A stretch of DNA of 64,000 nt from Lama glama (GCA_028534125.1 CM052817.1:12960001-13024000); one strand, 5' to 3'; counted from the stretch's first letter, positions 1 through 14,195 are shown. Notes: a model not told the origin generated them from the sequence alone. Program-made: numbers and translations.

Positions 1-1619
1 ATAAGAATTATTCTTCCTTTTCACATACACCCAAGGACTAACAGTGTGCATGAATCCTTTCCCTTCAGGCCACACCTACAAGATGTAATTTTTCAAAAAG
101 AACTGACTTGTCCTAGGCTCTGAGGTGGTGGAGTGAGAGCCTGGGGTTTGGACAGTGGGAAGTCTGGGTCTCAGGACTGGCAGGCAGATCCAAGGCTGAC
201 AGAGGTGAAGAAGTGATGTTGTTCATTTGTTGGCATGTTTTTATGGTGGTGAGAGTTGAGTGGGTGGTGGAGCTCCTTACCACTCCAAGGCCTCTGATGG
301 GTGGGCTGGAGAACAGGCACTGAAGTTTATGGTGTCCAAGGACCATGGCTCCAGGAGCTACAAGAAAGAATCTCCTTGCCCCATTTTGGCAAAGGGGAGG
401 AGGACGTGGGATGGACCACAGGACATCCCAGAAGCAAGCACCAGGAGCCGAAGGCTGAGCTCCTTCTCCTATTGCCTGAACACCACAGCACCTCACTCAG
501 AATGTGACTTAAGGGAGGTGAAAGGAGAGGGCAAGAGGTCCCCCAAAGCACAAATAAGTAAGTGAGAGCTGGGTGTAAGATTAATGTGATTTTTTAAAGT
601 GTTACCACATTTGTATTCAGCAGAGAATTAAGAGAGTACAAGTCATGTTTAATACATACCAGGGAAAGTTTTCCTGTAAAACATTTTATTTCCAATGTTC
701 GTATGTGTGATGATCTCCAGGGGACTACATTTGAGAACCTCCAGGTCTTATAAAAAGCCTTTGGCGTAATTGAGACTGAGTCTCTATTTTGCTGTCTACC
801 TTTTGCTGAATCTCTATTTGGCTGTTTGGTAAAATGATGACAATGGCGTAGTCCTTTCGTTAACGAAAAGCATCCTCAATAAGCATCAACTGTCTTGAGC
901 CCATCAGTGTTTGGGAAGGGTCTGGCGAGGAGAGATGCTCGGTAAATAATGGATGAAGGAGCCCAATGCACTGTCATTCCCATTCCTCCTGGGATGAAGC
1001 TCAGCCAACACAGGTAAGTGAGTTTTACAGACTTTGAAGACAGTGACAAAGTCAGAATTAAATTGTGGATCTAATTCAAATGTCTTTTTCTTGGCACTAG
1101 GCCAAGATGTTTCAAACTTTGGGCCACGATCCACGAGTGGGTCTCAAAGTCAATGTAACTGGTCAGAATTGGCACCTTTAAAAGGAAAGAGAAGAAAGGG
1201 GGCAGAAGAAGGGGCCAAGCACAGCCAGCACAGCCTAGAGTAACAGAGACCGGAAAACAAACCGAAGCAAAACAAAACAAACAAAAGAAATCTCGTGTAT
1301 CCAGCATAGTAAAGGCTAAGTGGTGTTCTGTAAAAGTTTTGCACATATCGGGTCAATAGGTAAAAAGCCTTTTTTTTTTTTCTGAGTCATGGTCTAAATT
1401 GTTACAAAGCCAAAAACTTAGGCCATTTGTCTTCCTTAATTGCTCTTTTACATTTGCTAAAAGAAAACATTGCTTCTAATCGGGCTTTTCTGATTCTGCC
1501 CCTTTGTTTTAATTCTTTTTTAATCATGAAATTTTCTACACTTACAAAAAGTTAAGAAAACAATCTCAGAGATAGATGTGTACTAAGAGACACTAACCTT
1601 GTGCCTTAGGGCCTCTTGG

Positions 1620-1700
1620 TCCTCCCCTCCCCCTCCTCGCTTCCCCTCCCTTCCTCCTTTCCTCTCTTCCCCTCCCTTCCCCCCTTCCTCTCCTCCACAG
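1620..1700. repeat. CT-rich low-complexity tract
   Basis: Run of cctccc/cttcc units seen directly. Confidence 0.85.
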
Positions 1701-1729
1701 TCTCTCAAGGAACATGAAGTTACAGATGC

Positions 1730-2336
1730 AGTTATGGCTCTACCCTGTCCTTATTATAAGCCCCATTTCTTCCCAGAGGCAACCACAGTTTTGCATTTGA
1801 TGTGTATTGTGCCATATATAATTATGTAATTTTACCGTATATTTATCCATCCATAATTCACTTATGCATTGTTTTATATATAGAAATCTTATGTCTGCAA
1901 GTCTGTTTCTTCTGTAGATGAGTTCATTAGTGTCCTCTTTTTCCTTAACCACATGGAATCATGTGGTTACTTCTTCCCAAGCCCAAGTTCTTGAGATGTA
2001 ACCATTTGTCCTGTGAAAGACTGTTAACATTATTTTTACAAGCAGTATTACAATGCACATCTTTACACATACTCTCGTAGATATATAGCAACGAAATTAG
2101 TCCACTTTTGGAGGATATGGGCACCTTCAATATTCCTAGGTTTGAAAAAGGGATTACAAATTTACACTTGTACAGGATATAATAGCTTTTGTGTGCCCAC
2201 ATCTTTGATAGCATTTGAAGTTATCAGATTTACTAATTTTTACCATATATTAGGTAGTAAATTATTCATTTAACTGGAATTTTGCTCATTATCAGTGACG
2301 TTGAGCATCTCTCTATGCTCAAAAATAGTCTATTTC
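1730..2336 (-). mobile_element. Old L1 (L1ME-like) 3' region fragment
   Basis: Antisense L1 3' motifs: cccagaggcaaccac, 'tcattatcagtgacgttgagcatct', 'aatttacact'. Confidence 0.7.
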
Positions 2337-2836
2337 NNNNNNNNNNNNNNNNNNNNNNNNNNNNNNNNNNNNNNNNNNNNNNNNNNNNNNNNNNNNNNNN
2401 NNNNNNNNNNNNNNNNNNNNNNNNNNNNNNNNNNNNNNNNNNNNNNNNNNNNNNNNNNNNNNNNNNNNNNNNNNNNNNNNNNNNNNNNNNNNNNNNNNNN
2501 NNNNNNNNNNNNNNNNNNNNNNNNNNNNNNNNNNNNNNNNNNNNNNNNNNNNNNNNNNNNNNNNNNNNNNNNNNNNNNNNNNNNNNNNNNNNNNNNNNNN
2601 NNNNNNNNNNNNNNNNNNNNNNNNNNNNNNNNNNNNNNNNNNNNNNNNNNNNNNNNNNNNNNNNNNNNNNNNNNNNNNNNNNNNNNNNNNNNNNNNNNNN
2701 NNNNNNNNNNNNNNNNNNNNNNNNNNNNNNNNNNNNNNNNNNNNNNNNNNNNNNNNNNNNNNNNNNNNNNNNNNNNNNNNNNNNNNNNNNNNNNNNNNNN
2801 NNNNNNNNNNNNNNNNNNNNNNNNNNNNNNNNNNNN
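2337..2836. other. Assembly gap (500 N)
   Basis: N run. Confidence 1.
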
Positions 2837-2879
2837 ATGTGTGTCCACTGCCAAACTTTACTATCATAACATTGGATGC

Positions 2880-5248
2880 AAAGACCAATAAAGGTCAACT
2901 TTGCAGTAGAAATGAGTTACTGCTCCTCCCAGAATATGTGTCTCTTTCTTCCAAGAATATCAAGTCGTCACTTTCCCCTTGAGTCAGTTACACTCCATGG
3001 ACCACTATTATAACCATCAACTTGAATGCACCCCACTAATCTCTACATTCTTAGTACCTTGAAAACCCCACTGCTGGATAAATACAACTTTCTACCCACT
3101 CTGTACCTACATTTTCCCAGTTGAAAGTGCCTGGAAGAGAACATGCAACTGTGCTGTTTGATGTATTTATGACCCAGCAAGACTCTCACAGACACCCAAC
3201 GATACTGTGACATTTGCTGGGGCCAGTTATTGTCCCATTCTCCCAGTTGACAACTTCATACCTTTTTCTCTCCCCTAGCGCCTCTGGTCAACGTTGCCTC
3301 CTTCTCATTATCACTTAATGACTGGGAAGCACATCAGCACAAATATTGAAGTAATAAGAACTTCCAGGCTCCCAACCACACATCTGCCCACTCACCTATA
3401 TCTTGCCCACGTACCCTACCTTGTCCTTTGTGCATATTATCACAGAGAAACTATCGATGTTTTTTCTCCAAAGCCAACTTCTTGGATCGACCTCATTGCC
3501 TCCTCCCTCCTCAAGGACAATGCTCCATCAGTTTTTCCCCTGTCTGTGGAATCACCAGATTTTCCTTTTTTACTGGATTACTTCCATAAGCATAAAGCAC
3601 ATTATTTGCACTATGTAAAAAAGCCCCTCGGATGACACTTCTTTTCTCTTCAACTACAACAATTATCTATTTTTTACAAAAAAAACTTTAAAATATCATC
3701 TATATGCATTGTCAGAATCCCTCCCTCCCATTGCTCCTTAAAATCCCTGCAAATGAGCTGTTATTTCTGCAATTCTACTGAATCCTTTATTCATTTACTC
3801 ATTCTACTCATCTATCACTTCGTCTTCATTATCTATGACTTGCATGTTGATAAATCTGACGGCCAGTTCTCCATCTTTATCTTACTGGACCTATCAGAAA
3901 CATTTGGCCCACCCAAATCACTCCCACCTTCTGAATAACTTTTCTTTGTGTAGAGTCTTAGATACCACACTTTCTGGTTTCTCCTTCTGCCTACAAGCTA
4001 AACCTTCGTACTGTCCTTTGTCAGTTCATTTTCATCCACTTGCCTACTTATCATCAGAGTTTCCAGGTCTCAGTTCTCATTTCTCTTCTTTCCCATCTAT
4101 TTTCTCTAATCAAGAGGTCTTATGCAGTCTCCTGGCCTAACTAACAGCTGTATGCAGACAAGGCACCAACTTTTAACCCCACCCAGTAGTCTGCCTTGCA
4201 GTCTGCACTAATATATCCAGCAACCTGCTCGATATCTCCAGTTGAATTGCTCACAGCATTTCAAAATTATCATTTCTAAAATTAGGTTCTTGATCTCCTC
4301 CCCAAGGCCTGCCTTTCCCACAGTATTGCTCATCTTTGTAAAAAGATTGCTCAGTAAAAAGCAATCTCTCTTTTCTTTTCCTCCAGTTGGTCAGGAAAAG
4401 AACCTTGGAACCAACCATAACTCCTATTTTTACTCACACACCTCATATCTGTCAGCAAGTCCTTGGGAGCTCAGCTTTCAAAATACATCCCGTATCAGGC
4501 CACTTTTCCACACCTCTACTGATAACACTCTAGACAAAGGTGTTATTTGTCAAGATGATCACTGCCTGGGTTATGTTAGTAGTCTCTCAATTGATCTATC
4601 TACTGCTTTATCCATCCACAGGCTATGATTTACACAATTGCAAGAATTATTCTTGCAAAACACAAATCAAAGCATGTCATTCCTTTCACCCAAACCCTCC
4701 ACATGCTCCCATCTCACTGAGAAAAAACAACAACATCTTTATTTCAGCCTGTAAGACCCTATTTGTCTTTTTTCCACCAAATCTATATCATCTCCTATCT
4801 CTTTCTTTCCTGTTCACTCTGCTCCAGGCTCACAGGCTTCCTTTCTTTTTTTAAACCCAGCAAACATGCTTCCGAGTCATGGCTTTGTTCTTTTATTCTG
4901 TCTGGATTGCTCTTCTTCACTCGTCAGTGAATGGATCCTCACTTCAGAACTCCTTGTGAGAGCATCCTTTCCTGGCCACTTGAGTAAACAGCACATCTTC
5001 TGCCCAGCACCACAGGACTCTCTTTACCTCTTACCCAGCTCTGTTTTCCTCAAAAATACTTATGTCTATCTGGTATATTGCAGATTTACTTATGTATGTG
5101 CTGATTAACTTATCCCTGTCTTCTCCAACTGAAACATAAGGTTCAAGAGATCAAAGAGCCTCTTTGGTCCCTTCTGTTTCCCTAGCACTGGAATAGATTC
5201 TAATCATAACAGGTACTCAGTAAATACTTGTGGAATGGATGGATGAAC
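2880..5248 (+). mobile_element. LINE-2 (L2a-like) relic with RT remnant and 3' tail
   Basis: Translation at about 3843-3905, HVDKSDGQFSIFILLDLSETF, resembles the L2 RT motif (K.NGQFSVLILLDLSAAFD). Ends in the L2 tail caggtactcagtaaatacttgtggaatggatggatgaa. Confidence 0.85.
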
Positions 5249-5254
5249 ATTCTT

Positions 5255-5660
5255 GCAGTTTTCACTTGGAATCAGTGCCTCCCGTCTTCAGTCCTTGTAG
5301 ATTGAGTGGGCATCTGGGAACCAACTGGGTCAGTTTAAGACCCTGGCCATAGTCGTTAGCTTAGCGGCAGATGTGTGACCCAAGCTAATTCAGTAAGAAT
5401 AATCTGATGGTTGTGGTGGCTACTATTAAAGAGGGCCTTTCTTTTCCCCTGGACTTGTGGATGAAATTATGTAGACTTCAGCCACCGCTACTGTGAGAGT
5501 CCACCTCCAGAAGCCTGAAAGAGAAGCTAACACAGGGACAACAACAGAGCAAACACCAAGGGCTGGAGATACATCTGGGACTGATGACATTGTTTGCAGG
5601 CACTGTACTCTTGGACTTCTCAGATACCAAACCACACAAATCGGTTTTTTTTATCACTTT
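5255..5660 (+). mobile_element. MaLR LTR (MLT1J/K-like)
   Basis: gtgacccaagct...gaagctaacacag...ctgatgacattgtttg...ggacttctcag pattern. Confidence 0.65.
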
Positions 5661-6360
5661 CAGTAGAAAACATCGTAACAGGTGTGCCTCGCATTGGGTC
5701 AGGTAGTCTTTATACGTGCTTCCTTGATAACCTGTAATTTCTGTTTTCACAGCATTTTAAAAACCTTAGATGTATCTTCCTCTTTACCTGTCAGTCTTTC
5801 TCCTCTATGTTATATAAATCTTAAAAGAACGCATTATATATTACTCATTTTTTATGTCCAGTGCCTAATCCAGTATATGGTTCATGGTAAAGTCAATAAA
5901 AACTCGTGAAATGAATGTAAAAACTACCCAGCTGCTCCTAGATAGTATTCATGAAAAAAATTAATTGCGTCCTTTCAATGAATATATTTGTTTAAAAACA
6001 TATCATGGAAAACGGTAAATTGCTGCATTCCTGTTCCTTTTCCCCAGCCACACACATAACTCATTTCAGCTGCCTCCACATACAGGTGGGATAGTGGGAA
6101 GACAGAAAGATCATGGGCTCTGAAGTCACATGTGAAAAGTTTGCATCCCTGCTCTACTAGAAGGCAAATAACAAGTGGACTATTTCAGAATTACTCATTG
6201 TAAGAGAAATGCACACATACCAGACTCTGTTCAGAGGCAAGCAATGACTGTGGTGGCTCACTTTAACCACGTTCTATCAGGAAAAATGTATTCATATGTT
6301 CATTAATTCAATAAATAGCTATTTACTGAGCTCATTCTATGGAAAACACTATATGAGGCA

Positions 6361-6760
6361 TGTTATGAACTGAATTGTGTCCCCTCAAAATTTATATATT
6401 GAAGCCCTAACCCTCAATATCTCAGAATATAATTGAATTTGGAGATAATTATTTAAAGGGATAATTAATTTAAATGAGACCTTTAGAGTGGGCCCTAAGT
6501 CAATATGACTGCTGTCCTTATAAGAAGAGGAAATTTCAACACAGAGAGAGACACTAGGAATGTGCAGACCCAAGGGAAAGGTCACATGAAGACATGAAGA
6601 CAGTAGTCATTACAGCCCAAGGAAAGATGCCTGACTGAAAACAAAACTGTCAACACCTTGATCTTGGACTTCTAGCTTCACAACTGCAAGAAATAAACTT
6701 CAGTTGTTGAAGCCATCTGGTCCGTGGTGCTTCGTTGACAAAGCTCAAGCAAACTAATAG
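6361..6760 (+). mobile_element. MaLR LTR (MLT1B-like) inserted in an antisense L2 (about 6295-7230)
   Basis: TGTTATGAACTGAATTGTGTCCCC start, cttataagaagagga core, AATAAA, aaactaata end. Confidence 0.9.
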
Positions 6761-7319
6761 AGAAACTGTACATAAAGAATACATTACTAAGCTGAGAAAG
6801 CATGAACTTCACCCTTTGAAGTGTATAATCTATGTATCAAGAAATGTAAATATACAAACAACCATACAATTATATCATTACAAATCCAGGAAGAGCTATG
6901 AGAGGAAAAATCCAGGAAGCTATGAGAGCACATATTAGGGAAACCTGACCTAGTCTGGGGAATTAGAACTGAGAAAACAACATTGTCGTTGAGAATTTTT
7001 AGATGACCAAGAGCTGACTAGATGAATTTGGTATCAGGGGCCACGAGAGGTGAAGGAACAACTTGTGGAAAAATAACACTTAGGATACATCGGGTTCACT
7101 GGAGGAATTAAATAAAGGCATATATGAAAAACAGGGGGCAGGTTAAAGGCTAAGCTAGATTTGATTGGTCATATTAAGAGTAACCTGAGAGCAGCAGGAA
7201 GCCTTGAAAGGTACTGTCTGATGAAAGAATGATGGGTCTAGTTCTAGAGGTGAAGCTAAGAGCAGCTGTTTTTATCTTACAAATGAGATGATATGTATAC
7301 TGACAGGCTCACAATTTAT

Positions 7320-7720
7320 GGCATATTACTTCAGATACATTTGGCTGCAAGTAACAGAGACCATGAAATTTATCATGTTACTCATAACAGGAAACGCAGA
7401 GGTAGAGTGAGCTATAAGACTGACCAACCCAGTGGCTCAAAAATTTATCAGGGTAAAATGTTCATTCTAACACTGTGCTCTGTCATCTCCAGCATTGGTT
7501 TCATAATTAACTTGGCAAAAAGATGGCTGCTGACCTCACATTGTGTCCAGACCGCACACACCTGTTCTTCCAGCCCTCTTAAAAATGATAAAATAATTCC
7601 CAGAAAACTCCCAGCAAACTTCTCCTTACATAGCAAAAGCCAGAGTTGAGTCACATGAACGTTCTTTACCCAGAGAGGAAGGCAGAATTATCATAATCGG
7701 CTCAGGCAAATCGCTGAGGG
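7320..7720 (-). mobile_element. Old MaLR LTR (MLT1K/L-like)
   Basis: ttggctgcaagtaacagagacc...ctcataacaggaa...aagatggctgc...ttgagtcacatg. Confidence 0.6.
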
Positions 7721-8219
7721 TAGACTGGGTGATGGGTCCCCAGTACAATGATACTACCTGTGGGTGAAGTAAAAGTAAGCCTTAAGACTGCCTTCCGTCC
7801 AAAATAGACACGGTGGAAAGTAAATGGAGGGACTTATTAAAAGGAGAGAGTTCAGAGTTTCTCCCTATCCTAGACAGGCTTCCACATACACCAATAACAT
7901 AAGAAAGTGGGGGTTGAATCGCCCCTACCATTTGGAGGTCACAGTGAAATTGACTCTGTCCTCCCTCATTTAACTGCATGTGAATCACAGTGAGTCTCCG
8001 TAAGCAACGGAACACACTGAGTCTTCATCCTGTTGCTTCAAGACGATTTGGAGAAGAGACTTTCGACCCTTTCTGTGTGGGGTTGTGGAGTACTGACAAT
8101 CCAGGAAACAGCGTTGCCAAACCTTCAGGCACTTGGCTAACCAGTATAAGTAACGTGATAGATTAAAAATCAAATATATATTTGCATTTGGACATTTTTG
8201 ACAGAATTTTGGAATCAAA

Positions 8220-8605
8220 TGTTATGGACTGAACTGTGTCCCCCCAGAATTCCTATGTTGAAGCCCTAAAACCTAATGTGACTGTCTTTGAATATAGGGT
8301 CTTAATGGAAGTACTTAGAGTTGAATGAGGTTAAAAAAAAAAAAAAGGTGGGGGACTAATTCAATACGGCTGGTGCCTTTATAAGAAGAGGAAGAAACAC
8401 CAGAACTCTCTCTTGCTTAGGACTCAGAGAGAATAAAATTCATGTGAGGACACAGCAAGAAGCCAGGAAGGGAACCCTTAATAAAACCAAATTTGCCAGC
8501 ACTTTGACCATGAGCTTCTAGCCTCCGAACTGTGAGAAATATGTTTGTTGTTTAAAATCACCCAATCTATGCTATTTCCTTGTAACAGCCCACGTTGACT
8601 AATAT
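8220..8605 (+). mobile_element. MaLR LTR (MLT1A/B-like)
   Basis: TGTTATGGACTGAACTGTGTCCCCC...gactaatata; homologous to 6361-6760. Confidence 0.9.
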
Positions 8606-9640
8606 ACCAATCTTCAAATGATTGAAGAATAACCAAGTTCATTCATCAGCTTTAAACCTAATACCTACAGACTTCAGTTACTTTGGCAGATAAATTGACA
8701 ACTAAAGAAAGTCTCATTATGAAGTGACATTTGCCTGAAGGATTCCAGAGAGAGGGTCTTATGGTTCTCATGCCAAAATAAAGCATTTTACTCACTAGAG
8801 AAACATAAACAGGTTTACGTTATTTTTTAAAAGATGTATTTGGCTGTATTGTTGTAAATGTGTCACTTTGTGGATAGAAAGGAAAAAGTGGATGAGTTAA
8901 AACACATAAGTAGGTTATTAGAGAAATTCAATAAATAAGCAATTGTAGAGAGTTTCACATTTAATGAGGATATAGTAGACTAGGGAAGACTATTGCATGT
9001 ATAGTGAAAAAAAAAGCCTAATAAAATATAAAATTTTTATAATGCTATTGAAAAAATTTTTATAATGCTAGTGATACAAAAAGCAATAATAAATTAATAC
9101 CAAAGAAAGATGAAATCTTCATAGATGGCCAAAGAAGTGCAGATTTCTCCATGCCTAGAGACAAGTGCTGATATGAGCACAGATGTGCAGAGGAGAGGCA
9201 TGTCTCAGGCAGAGATTTTCCAAGGGGAAATCAGGTGAATTTTAAATAACAGCATGGGTGGCAAGATAGATTGTTATATGGAAAAGCCCCAAATGTAAAA
9301 ATAAATATTTTATCTTGAAAATCCCTTCCTCTAGAAATTTTGATGAGGAAAGGGTGGGAAAACTGGCAGAACCAGCAATGGAATCTAGCAACGGATGAAA
9401 AATAGTGTTTGTGTAATCTCATCATGCTCACAGTCTAGGGCTTCTTGAAACATAATTCAAAAGTAAACTTAAACCAACTAAGGCTAAAATTCAAACTACT
9501 CCCAGCTCAAATTCTGAAAATATCAAAGGATAACTTTTCTGAGGCTGCTGCCCTGAAAATTGGGAGTTAGGCTAAAGAGCAAAGTACAGCCACCACAATC
9601 CCATTTGAAACCAGTGGTGAACAGAATCTAATGAAAATTT

Positions 9641-9970
9641 TAGGGGTGGAGAGAGGCATAAGTAATCAGAGCAGAGAAAATTTTTAGAGCAGTGAAAAAT
9701 ACTCTGTATGATACTGTAATGGTGGATACAAGTCATTATATATTTGGTCCATAGACTATACAACACCAACCTTAGGTAAGTAAACTATGGACTTTGGGTG
9801 ATAATGATGTGTCAGTGTGGATTTACCAGTTGTAACAAATGTACAAATCCAGTAGGAGATGTTAATAACAAAAGACATCATACATGTGTGGAGGTAAGGG
9901 ATACATGGGAAACCTCTGTATCTTCCTCTCAATTTTGCTGTGTACCCAAAGTTGCTCTTAAAAAAAAAAA
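9641..9970 (+). mobile_element. L1MC-like 3' end with poly(A)
   Basis: gtaaactatggactttgggtgataatgatgtgtc...ctcaattttgctgtg...A-tail. Confidence 0.9.
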
Positions 9971-10109
9971 GTTGTTTGTTTTTTTTAAATACAATTCAGT
10001 TCTTGTTGGGATCAGAGAGCAACCCCTCACCTTACATGTCTGATGAAAGAAAGGAATTGCACACTTTCAAAGTTTGAGATAAAGATATAACAATTTAATA
10101 TACATTATT

Positions 10110-11140
10110 CTTTCAGACATACCACATGTCATGCTGCCATGTGAAGAGATATAAGAAAGTGGGAAAATATGGCCCATAACCAAGAACAAAGTTAATCAAC
10201 AGAAGCAAAGTCAGAGGTAGTTCAAATGGCATAATTAGTCATCAAGGACTTTAAGACAACTATTACACAAGTGTTAAAACATGTGTAGTATAAGACTGAA
10301 AGAATGGCTGAAGGTGCATGTTTCTAAGAGAGATACCAAATAAATAATAGAAAATCAAATTGACATTTATGTACTAAAAATAGAGTATAAGAAACAAAAA
10401 TTTATTAGACTATTTTAACAAATAAAGCAGAAGAAACAATTGGTGAACATAAAGATATGTTAATAGTAATTGTCCAAACAAAAGTACACAAGGAATATAA
10501 GTTTGGGAAAAACAAATCAAGGGGTCAGTGTCCCATGGGAAAATATTAAATTAGTAAACATATATGTATTTTGAGTCATAGAATGAGAAGATACAAAGAA
10601 TTAGGTAGAAAAAGATTTAAATAAACAATAGCAAAACACTTTTAATTTAAAAATCTCAACTTACAGACCCAAAAAGCACAGGAAACACTAAGGAAAATAA
10701 AAATAAAGACATTCATGCTTAGGCACAGCATAGTCAAGCTTTTGAAAACAAATATAAAGAGAAAATTCTGAAAGTGGCCACCAGATAAATGCCCAATGAG
10801 TATAAGGGAAGGGGAGCCAGATGTCAATGAAACGTTATCTTTTAAAGTGTTCGAAGAAAAGAAACATCAACTTAAAATTTTATACCCAGTGAAAATATAC
10901 TCCAAAACAAAGACATAATAAGGAAATATTTAGATAAAAATATATCAAGATAATTTGTTTCTTATGTACCAACACTAAAATTAATGCTGAAAGGAGGTTT
11001 TCAGGCTAAAGTAGATGATAAAATATGGACACTGATACCTAGAGTAAAGAATAAGGATAATTAATGATGGTTAATATGCTGGGAAATGTAAATAAAATAT
11101 TTTTCTTTTCTTTCAGTAAAATCTTAAAGAGAAAAACTGA
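10110..11140 (+). mobile_element. Old L1 ORF1-region fragment
   Basis: A-rich, with ORF1-like motifs (agagaaaattctgaaag, aaaattttatacccagtgaaaatat). Confidence 0.7.
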
Positions 11141-11144
11141 CTTT

Positions 11145-11210
11145 TTAAATTGAAGTATAATCAGTTACAGTGGGTCAATTTCTGGTGTACAGCATAATGT
11201 CCCTGTCATG
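11145..11210 (-). mobile_element. Lineage-specific L1 3' tip
   Basis: ttgaagtataatcagttacagtgggtcaatttctggtgtacagc is the reverse complement of the terminus of the L1 at 59670-59720. Confidence 0.8.
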
Positions 11211-11911
11211 TGTAATTCAGTATTTGGCACAAGAAGTGGCCCCAGGAAACACCCTTAAAGTTGATTCCTGGGATGGGTAGGTAGCATATTTGAGAAACTC
11301 ACAGATAGCTTCTTTGCTTCGGGAAATGGGACACTGATAATCCAGCAGGCTGTGACATTGTGATTAGTCAAATAATCACTGGTGGTGGCATAAGATGAAG
11401 TACAGATGCAACAAAGGTGTTGGGAGATCAAGTGGCTGTGGCACTTAGTCACTATGGCAACAGGGGTTATTACAAAGATTGTAGCGAGAGAAAAGAAAAA
11501 CATGAAAGTCTGTTTTAGAACATGAATGCAAAATCAGAAAGCTTCTATGGAAACCCAGAAGTGTCCCTTATCTTCAGTGACTACAAGGAAGGTATGAATG
11601 AAAATCACGCCCAAGAACTTAACATAATTGCACAGTGGTTAAAGCCCACCGAATGAACAAAACAGCCACGTGTCTTATGCTACGGGAAGAGCACTCATGC
11701 AAAAAGAGTAAGACTGTAGGACATTTGGGCAGACAAGGGAAAGAATGAGAATTTCGAGTCTCCAAAACCAGGCGTACTCAACTGGGATTTGAAAGGTAAC
11801 AAACTGGGTTTAAATACCCAAGGAGTGGTGTTCACTCCAAAAGGCTAGGTAATTGATGTTTGGGCTCAACTTTGGCTTTCAGTTAATGAGGAGGGAAATT
11901 CAGTAACACAG

Positions 11912-12092
11912 CATGGTGGTTCTCAACCTTGGTTGTACACTGGAATCACCAAAGAAGATTTTAAAAGAGCATTAATGTCTAGGTCCCACCCACACAGAAT
12001 CTGATCTTAACATTCTGGGGCCCATCCTGGGCACTGGGGTTTCTGAAGCTCCCCAGGTTAGTCTAATGTGCAGCCTGAGCTGAAAATCATTG
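11912..12092. mobile_element. hAT-Charlie MITE (MER5A/B-like) nested in the ERVL
   Basis: gtggttctcaaccttgg...tggaatcacc...ctccccaggt...ctaatgtgcagcc...tgaaaatcattg. Confidence 0.85.
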
Positions 12093-13257
12093 ATAATGAA
12101 GAAGGAATCTGAAGGTTGAGGGGTATGGGGACACTAGAGTAGATTTATTGTGTGTAACTACCTCAGCTCCCCTCTACCAATCACCCTGAAATGGCCTGGA
12201 GGGCCCTTCCTGAGCCAAAGCATCTTTGAAAATCCCTGTGGTCTCCTAGGAACCAAAGATGACTGACCAAAGATGCTGCAATAGAAACAGCTCAATATTC
12301 CAGTGGAGAACTGGCAAGCCAGTGTAGCAGAGGCCAGATCGAGGGGCTTAACCTTAGAAACAAAGTGTTTAAAATCACATTGCTAAGGCAAGTATTGAAT
12401 TGGTAGCAGGGTTCTCACTTACATTAACCTGTGTCAGTGGCTTTCTAACCACTGGGTCCCTCAGAATGAAATAGATGAGCAGCCTACTGAGGTGTAGCTT
12501 GATAGATAAAGCAGAAGATTTCAAGGTCTCATGTTGAAAATCTAATTCAGGTCATCATAATGGAAATTCATAGCCTCTTATCCAGTTCCAACCCCTAAGT
12601 CAATATACATGCCTAAGGTTCCTGCATTGAAGGGGAAGTCAGGTGCCTTTGAGAGAGGATTGCAACATAGCTGTTTGTAAATACTGTGTATTCCCCAAAC
12701 TTTCTGTGATCTCCAGTCATTCACCAGGTTATGCACAGGTGAAAGGGAATACGCAGAACTTCCAGACGATTATTGAGTGAAGGCTCTGAATTGCCACTCA
12801 TCCCTGGGGATGGTGCAGACTGGTATTCTAAATGCAGGCTGGTACCCTAACAGTGGGCATTTATTGAAGTCAGGTGATAGTTGGAATCTTGACTTGATTC
12901 ATCTCACAGAGAGTCTAATGGGACCACCGACTTATCCTATGGATTACTTCTGGGTTACTTACATTAGGATAAAGCAAGTGGAAGCTTCTAAATCTGTATC
13001 CTTGGCTATGCTCCATCCCTGAGGATAATGCAGAACAGAATCACCACCAGATGCTTGAAAGATGTGTGGTGAGGGTTTCAAGGGATTCTTAATACAGGTC
13101 CAACTAACTCAGATTTTTGGCTGATAGAAAACAATCCTGGAGATTGACTGTGGATCATTACAAACAAAATCAGGCATTAATGCCTATGGCAGCTCTGCTT
13201 TCAGATGTAATATCTTTACTGGAATAAAAACAATATGACCCCTGCCACTTGGTTGGT

Positions 13258-13433
13258 GAAAAGTATCATCCTTGCATCAGCAGCAGCAGCGTCACTTAAA
13301 AACTGACCATAAATGCAAATTCTTGGGTCCCCTTCCAGAAAGACCAAATTAGACACTTTAGAAGTGGGTCCCACAAATCTACATTAAAATCCTTTAAGTG
13401 ATCATTTTGCACTTTCCTGTTAGAGAAACACTG
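13258..13433. mobile_element. hAT-Charlie MITE (MER5A-like) splitting the ERVL RT
   Basis: cagcagcagcgtcac...aaatgcaaattcttggg...agagaaacactg; RT homology resumes right after it. Confidence 0.8.
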
Positions 13434-14156
13434 ACTTAATGTTTTATTTTTCCCAATTCCTATCATGAAAAATACTTACAAGCAATTTGCCTTGGCAAGG
13501 ATAGAAACTCATCTGCATGGTCTAGTCAAGTTTCATGCTCTTTCATAATATAAACTGGGGAGAATTAAGTCATGTTCATGTCCCATGAAATTAATGACCT
13601 TATGATGTTAAATGGGTCTATCAGTAGGAAGTGGCATGTCTTAGATGCCTCATTAAGACATAAGGGTACCAGGGGTTGAGAGCCTGAGCCTGCCGTACTG
13701 AGAGGACCGTAAAGTTTTAGCGGTCTGGGATAGGACAAGATATTTCTTCTAAAGTGAGAGATAAATTACTGAAACGTGCACCACTTACTTTTAAGAGGCA
13801 CAAAACTTGCTGAGCCTTTTTTAAATTGTGGAAGCAAAATACACCACATGTAGGCATGATGATCCGACTAATTCACTGGCTAATTCGTAAGGTGCCCTAA
13901 GACATGAGGTTGGAGCCTGAGTTAAAATGGGCCCTGCACTATGTTTATGCTCTAGTACAAACTGCCACCATTCAGGTCCCATACCAGCAGAAGCAGTTGT
14001 TTGGCACAAACAAGGAAGTTACATGCAGCTTCCAGAAAATTCCAGAAAGGAAAGTAACAGCACAATTCTACAGTTTTGCTGTAAGATCATTTATACTTTT
14101 CTGCCAAAAATTCATATCTATCTGAAAATCAATTTTACACTTGCCATTGGCCTCTT

Positions 14157-14157
<1 letters not shown>

Positions 14158-14195
<38 letters not shown>

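Noticed and set aside
113..565. Overlapping 127-aa and 101-aa ORFs
   Set aside because: No recognisable homology; GC-richer sequence that may be an old LTR, family not supportable.
2266..2898. Long ORFs of 174-210 aa (similar ones at 14.5-15.0 kb and 26.3-26.6 kb)
   Set aside because: Artefacts of N runs.
6883..6930. Short direct duplications (also about 9030, 15906, 56327)
   Set aside because: Ordinary slippage duplications; no regular repeat-spacer array, so not CRISPR-like.
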